Shown here: positions 60,158-64,000 of the stretch, piece by piece
How the letters are laid out: every line of letters begins with the position of its first letter
Position numbering within the stretch: position 1 is the stretch's first letter
DNA from: Patescibacteria group bacterium
Lineage (GTDB): Bacteria; Patescibacteriota; Minisyncoccia; UBA6257; GWB1-50-10
DNA length: 64,000 nt
Assembly (NCBI GenBank): GCA_024239035.1
Contig: JANBVK010000001.1
Span: 42,262-106,261, forward strand
Reading direction: 5' to 3'
Translations under genes and position numbers: made by a program
The notes under the pieces: generated by a model
Told to the model about the DNA's origin: nothing
Database searches by the model: none
The model's input: only the letters and a program-made list of their open reading frames with translations

Positions 60158-60230
60158 ATATAACTAAAACACCACCCCAACTTCTTCACCTCCCCACGTC
60201 CTCACTTCCAACCAATCCCCCCATTCCTTC

Positions 60231-61424
60231 TTATCTATAATATCTTTTTCCTTGACCTTCGGGAAAACTGTTCGGACAAATTCCACTAGAAGAATAAACA
60301 ACATCCATTGTCTCGTCATCAATTAACTTGAAATAAACCCATCCTTCCGCATCACCAAAGTTAGGATAAAATTGATAACAATGATTATTAGTAACATCTT
60401 TTAGATCTTTGTACGTAGGGTTATTTGGATAAATCCAATGGGTGTTTTTATCGCCTAAACGCCCTATCGTAATTCTTTCTTCATCTCCCACAATTGGAAG
60501 AACGCTTCCATAATCTCCATCTTGGTAATATTCATAGAAACTTGTTAATACTTCCTTATCCAAAAACCACTGCCCGGAAATTGTTCCGGGAAAATCTCTG
60601 GAAACAGGTCCGCATTCTTGAACTTCAAACAACGTTCCTCCTCCACCTCCAATCAAATTATAATAGGCTTCTTTTTTCTCTCCGCTGTAAAAATCATAAG
60701 GGCAAACAGCATGCAATAAATTACTTCCACGTCCTGCTTCCTGCCTTTCTTGATTAGCAAACTGATTCACAACATTTATGTCATGAACTATAAAATCAAT
60801 TCCTGGACCTGCTGAATCCTGAATAAAATATGCAATTAAATCTCCTGCTTCAAATTTAATAGGATCTAACTGCGCTCCCCTACTATCTGATTTAACCTCA
60901 GGCAATTGCTGTGCAACGGAATCAACAACTTCTTTTAAATGAGAAAAAGACATTGTAACACCACATCCTGCATCGAAACTCAAAGCATAATCAGGACTCG
61001 AAGCATAATCAGGCAAATATCCTTCTTTTCCCGTAACCAGGTCCGGGTAATAGCGGCTTCCATATGTTAAAACCATTTCAGTAGGAGCATAAATAGGGAC
61101 TTTCTCTGTGCTATTTTTATTTAAGTCAATATAAACTCTCCCTACAGTATACTTTCCAGAACCGTGAACGCCCCCTATCTGCGTAACTTTCTGAATATGA
61201 ATTGGATCAACAAAATACTCTGTAAACTCAAAATTCTCACAATTTTTATTTTCAATTACTTGCCTTCCCTCTGTTATCTCACCAATATTATTTTCTTCTA
61301 CTCCTCTTTCACGATCATCAAAATCACTTGAAAAAGAGTCTTGTTGGGATTGAAATATAAAAATTACTCCTACTACTAGAAGAACTATTACGATCACAAT
61401 GCTGATTATCAAGTTTCTTTTCAT
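60231..61424 (-). CDS. secreted/membrane-anchored paralog family protein 1 (Cys-containing extracellular domain)
   Basis: N-terminal anchor MKRNLIISIVIVIVLLVVG; shares CP.D.Y, QW/NWF and YCY...C motifs with the next two genes. Confidence 0.6.
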   Translation of the reverse strand: MKRNLIISIVIVIVLLVVGVIFIFQSQQDSFSSDFDDRERGVEENNIGEITEGRQVIENKNCENFEFTEYFVDPIHIQKVTQIGGVHGSGKYTVGRVYIDLNKNSTEKVPIYAPTEMVLTYGSRYYPDLVTGKEGYLPDYASSPDYALSFDAGCGVTMSFSHLKEVVDSVAQQLPEVKSDSRGAQLDPIKFEAGDLIAYFIQDSAGPGIDFIVHDINVVNQFANQERQEAGRGSNLLHAVCPYDFYSGEKKEAYYNLIGGGGGTLFEVQECGPVSRDFPGTISGQWFLDKEVLTSFYEYYQDGDYGSVLPIVGDEERITIGRLGDKNTHWIYPNNPTYKDLKDVTNNHCYQFYPNFGDAEGWVYFKLIDDETMDVVYSSSGICPNSFPEGQGKRYYR

Positions 61425-61449
61425 GGTTCTACTTATATATTATAAAAAT

Positions 61450-62667
61450 CTATCTTCCATATAGAGTGGGAGTCTTAAAGCTATAAGATCCCGAACAACT
61501 ACCAGATTGATGTTCAATTTTCAAATCTACATCACTGGTTAATTCCACAATTATCCTCCCTGATAAATCACTCCATCCAAAATTCCCTGCCTTTAAATTA
61601 TCATAGCAATAGATCTTTCCATCTGCCTTCACTTCATCAAAATCACGGTTAACGGTTCCTGAATGAGCCGGTACAAATTTCCAGAAATTGGCATCTGTAA
61701 AAACACCGCCTACTGAAATGACCTTATAATTTGGATCATCACTTGAGTGGACAAAAGAAAGATGCTCATCCCAAGGTCGAACTTGGTTGCTATCACCAAA
61801 AAACCAATTTCCCTGGAGCGTTGCAGGAACGTCCTGCGAAACCACACCGCACCTTGGGGCTTCCTCACGAGCAATTTTTCCGTAAAGCTCCGCTTGCACC
61901 TTTTGTTCAAAGTAATCAAGCGGACAAACAATATAAATAGATCTTTCGCCACTATACCTGTCCATATTTACATATTCTAAAAGGGTACGCGTATCATATG
62001 TTCCAAGATCAAAATTTCCTTGTAAATGTCCAACGCCTCCAATTACAGTTCCCGCAGCTACTTTGTATGATATTCTTTTCTCACAAGAATCATCTCCTCC
62101 AATGCCAAATTTTGTGCACTTCACCTTATTCAATTCCTCTTTCAAACCATCAGAGATTTCCTTCACATGATTATAATAACCATGAACGTCTTTACATAAT
62201 GAGAATTTAATAGAGTAATCTTTCCTGTCCGGGGCCATAAAATCAGAATTAGAGGTAACACTCGTTATAACAATGTCTCCCGGCGCTCTAAGAGGAATAA
62301 TTTCGGTTGTTAATCCCTGTTCATTGACGGCAATATAGATATGCTCGGTTGGGAACGTATGACCCGGAGGATGAAGACCTCCCAAGGGAGAAATGTCGTC
62401 AATTTCATCTAAGTCAACAGGAGAAACGGTGAAAAGTTCTTTTTTATCTCCACAAGAAGGAATGTTATTATTACTGAGAAGCTTTCTTTTTGCAGCATTG
62501 ATAAAATCAGAGATTGGTTTTGACTCTTCATCAACGTTTTCCTGAAAATCACTACTTTCACCAGAGTCTTCATATGTTTTAAACAAATTTGAGTTATTAA
62601 ATAAAAAAAATCCTCCAACGGCTAAAACCAATACTACTACAATTCCAATTATTAAATTCTTTTTCAT
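61450..62667 (-). CDS. secreted/membrane-anchored paralog family protein 2
   Basis: MKKNLIIGIVVVLVLAVGG anchor; PPGHTFPTEHIY, CPLDYF, QGNWF, IYCYD...C motifs. Confidence 0.6.
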   Translation of the reverse strand: MKKNLIIGIVVVLVLAVGGFFLFNNSNLFKTYEDSGESSDFQENVDEESKPISDFINAAKRKLLSNNNIPSCGDKKELFTVSPVDLDEIDDISPLGGLHPPGHTFPTEHIYIAVNEQGLTTEIIPLRAPGDIVITSVTSNSDFMAPDRKDYSIKFSLCKDVHGYYNHVKEISDGLKEELNKVKCTKFGIGGDDSCEKRISYKVAAGTVIGGVGHLQGNFDLGTYDTRTLLEYVNMDRYSGERSIYIVCPLDYFEQKVQAELYGKIAREEAPRCGVVSQDVPATLQGNWFFGDSNQVRPWDEHLSFVHSSDDPNYKVISVGGVFTDANFWKFVPAHSGTVNRDFDEVKADGKIYCYDNLKAGNFGWSDLSGRIIVELTSDVDLKIEHQSGSCSGSYSFKTPTLYGR

Positions 62668-62670
62668 TTT

Positions 62671-63981
62671 TTATCTGTTATATACAGTAGGGTTAATGAA
62701 CTTATAGCCTCCATTACAATCTCCGCTTTGATGTTCAATTTGCAGTTCTGTATCGCTAACCAATTCAATAATTATCCTGCCTTCGGGTTTTTCTTGACCT
62801 GTCCTACCGGGATCTTCGCCTTCGTAACAATAGATGTTTCCATCTGCAGTTACATCGCTAAATTTCCTATTGAAAAATCCTGTGTTCTTAGGCACGAATT
62901 CGTATTTTCCCGGACCCGTGAAACCTCCATCTATGGATATGATAATTTTAGACGGATTACTATTATCATGAACGAATGCAATGCTGTTTTCCCAGTCTCC
63001 TTCAACCTCACCAATAAACCAATTACCTTGTAATGTTCCCTTAATATCTTGCATCACTTCCCCACACTTTGGGTCGATACCACCAGTCACCTTATCATAA
63101 AGTTGCTGCCTCAACGGATCATCATATAATTCAATGGGGCAAACTACCGACCATCCTTTAACTTCACCCCGTTCAATAAAATATGGGATGCCATATCTTA
63201 AAGGATTGGCGTAGTTTAACCTTGTTCGATAATCATACGTACCAAAATCAACCTGGCCATGATGAGCGCCAACAGTACCCAGCACAGTTCCTGCTTTGAC
63301 CTTATATTGTAACTCTCTTGAACATAGGTCATTTGATTCTGTATACCAACTAGCACAATCAATATCCTTCACTGCTTCTCTGATCTCTTCTGAGAGCGTA
63401 CTTAAATGCCCGAAGTAACCGAACACATCCTTACATAACGCGAATCTAATACCTCGATCTATTTTGTCCAAATCTTTAGAGCCAGATACATCAATGATAT
63501 AGACATCCCCTGGTGCGACTAGCGGAACCTCCCCATCAATACCAAAGTACATATGCTCGGTAGGAAGCGTATGCCCCGGAGGGTTAATGCTCCCAAGTGG
63601 AAAAATATATTCAAGATTATTTACATCAACAACAGGAACTGTAAATGTCTGACCATCACATTCAGGCAGGACAGATTCCTCAACTTCTGTTTCCTGCTCG
63701 GCTAAATCGCTTTGTTCGTCAATTGGCTCTTCTTCAACATTTTCTTGAGAACCACTGACTTCACTAGAACCTTCGTCGTTATTACTGAGAGGCTTTCTTT
63801 CCGCAGTATCGATAAGATCAGAGACTGGTTTTGGCTCTTTATCAACGTTTTCCTGAAAATCACTACTTTCACCAGAATCTTCATATGTTTTGAACAAATT
63901 TGAGTTATTAAATAAAAAAAATCCTCCGCCAATGACTAAAACCAATACTACTAGAATTCCAATTATTAATTCTTTTTTCAT
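62671..63981 (-). CDS. secreted/membrane-anchored paralog family protein 3
   Basis: N-terminal about 65 aa nearly identical to paralog 2; PPGHTLPTEHMY, CPIELY, QGNWF, IYCYE...C motifs; acidic linker insert. Confidence 0.6.
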   Translation of the reverse strand: MKKELIIGILVVLVLVIGGGFFLFNNSNLFKTYEDSGESSDFQENVDKEPKPVSDLIDTAERKPLSNNDEGSSEVSGSQENVEEEPIDEQSDLAEQETEVEESVLPECDGQTFTVPVVDVNNLEYIFPLGSINPPGHTLPTEHMYFGIDGEVPLVAPGDVYIIDVSGSKDLDKIDRGIRFALCKDVFGYFGHLSTLSEEIREAVKDIDCASWYTESNDLCSRELQYKVKAGTVLGTVGAHHGQVDFGTYDYRTRLNYANPLRYGIPYFIERGEVKGWSVVCPIELYDDPLRQQLYDKVTGGIDPKCGEVMQDIKGTLQGNWFIGEVEGDWENSIAFVHDNSNPSKIIISIDGGFTGPGKYEFVPKNTGFFNRKFSDVTADGNIYCYEGEDPGRTGQEKPEGRIIIELVSDTELQIEHQSGDCNGGYKFINPTVYNR

Positions 63982-64000
63982 TCTATCTTATGTAAATTAT

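Noticed and set aside
62409-63932. Minus-strand ORFs 62409-62618 and 63702-63932 in alternative frames
   Set aside because: They are out-of-frame shadows inside paralogs 2 and 3. Their mutual similarity only reflects the near-identical nucleotide 5' ends of those genes.

Overview
AT-rich, gene-dense window with short genes, an unlinked 23S-5S rRNA pair with no 16S upstream, a reduced RNase P RNA, a type IV pilus cluster and scattered peptidoglycan genes. This fits a small-genome Patescibacteria/CPR-like bacterium; taxonomy is inferred only. Core content: ddl, pcm, ndh, pgk, nrnA-like DHH phosphoesterase, rnhA, rnpB RNA, murC, an M23 peptidase, gltX, murG, ftsW, an amidohydrolase, mraY, a D-Ala-D-Ala carboxypeptidase, scpAB, ychF, mpg, dnaX, pilin/pilC/pilB genes, obg, tag, and four separate NUDIX hydrolases. 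Several short GC-rich patches interrupt the AT-rich background and look horizontally acquired: a GGDEF cyclase, a lipoprotein, orphan genes at 26.3 kb, small Cys-rich ORFs at 31-32 kb, and purB. The most unusual region is 50-64 kb. A single tRNA-Gln is followed by at least three degenerate copies of its own 3' end, which look like repeated integration scars. Between them sit a tiny GIY-YIG nuclease gene bracketed by inverted repeats and a 1451-aa NACHT/STAND-type NTPase. That NTPase is fused at its C-terminus to a PD-(D/E)xK nuclease-like module and a HAD phosphatase-like module. Upstream of it lie phased perfect palindromes of 20, 24 and 30 bp spaced 43 bp apart, plus three ATACGTAT palindromes. 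I read this as a candidate undescribed single-gene defence/conflict system sitting in an integration hotspot. Downstream is a tandem trio of secreted paralogs whose 5' ~200 nt are near-identical at nucleotide level while the rest has diverged (mosaic surface-protein family). A recurring CCACATA..TATGTGG palindrome family has four copies, including two that flank the GC-rich lipoprotein gene. A 40-bp direct repeat brackets a 3-kb purB-containing segment.
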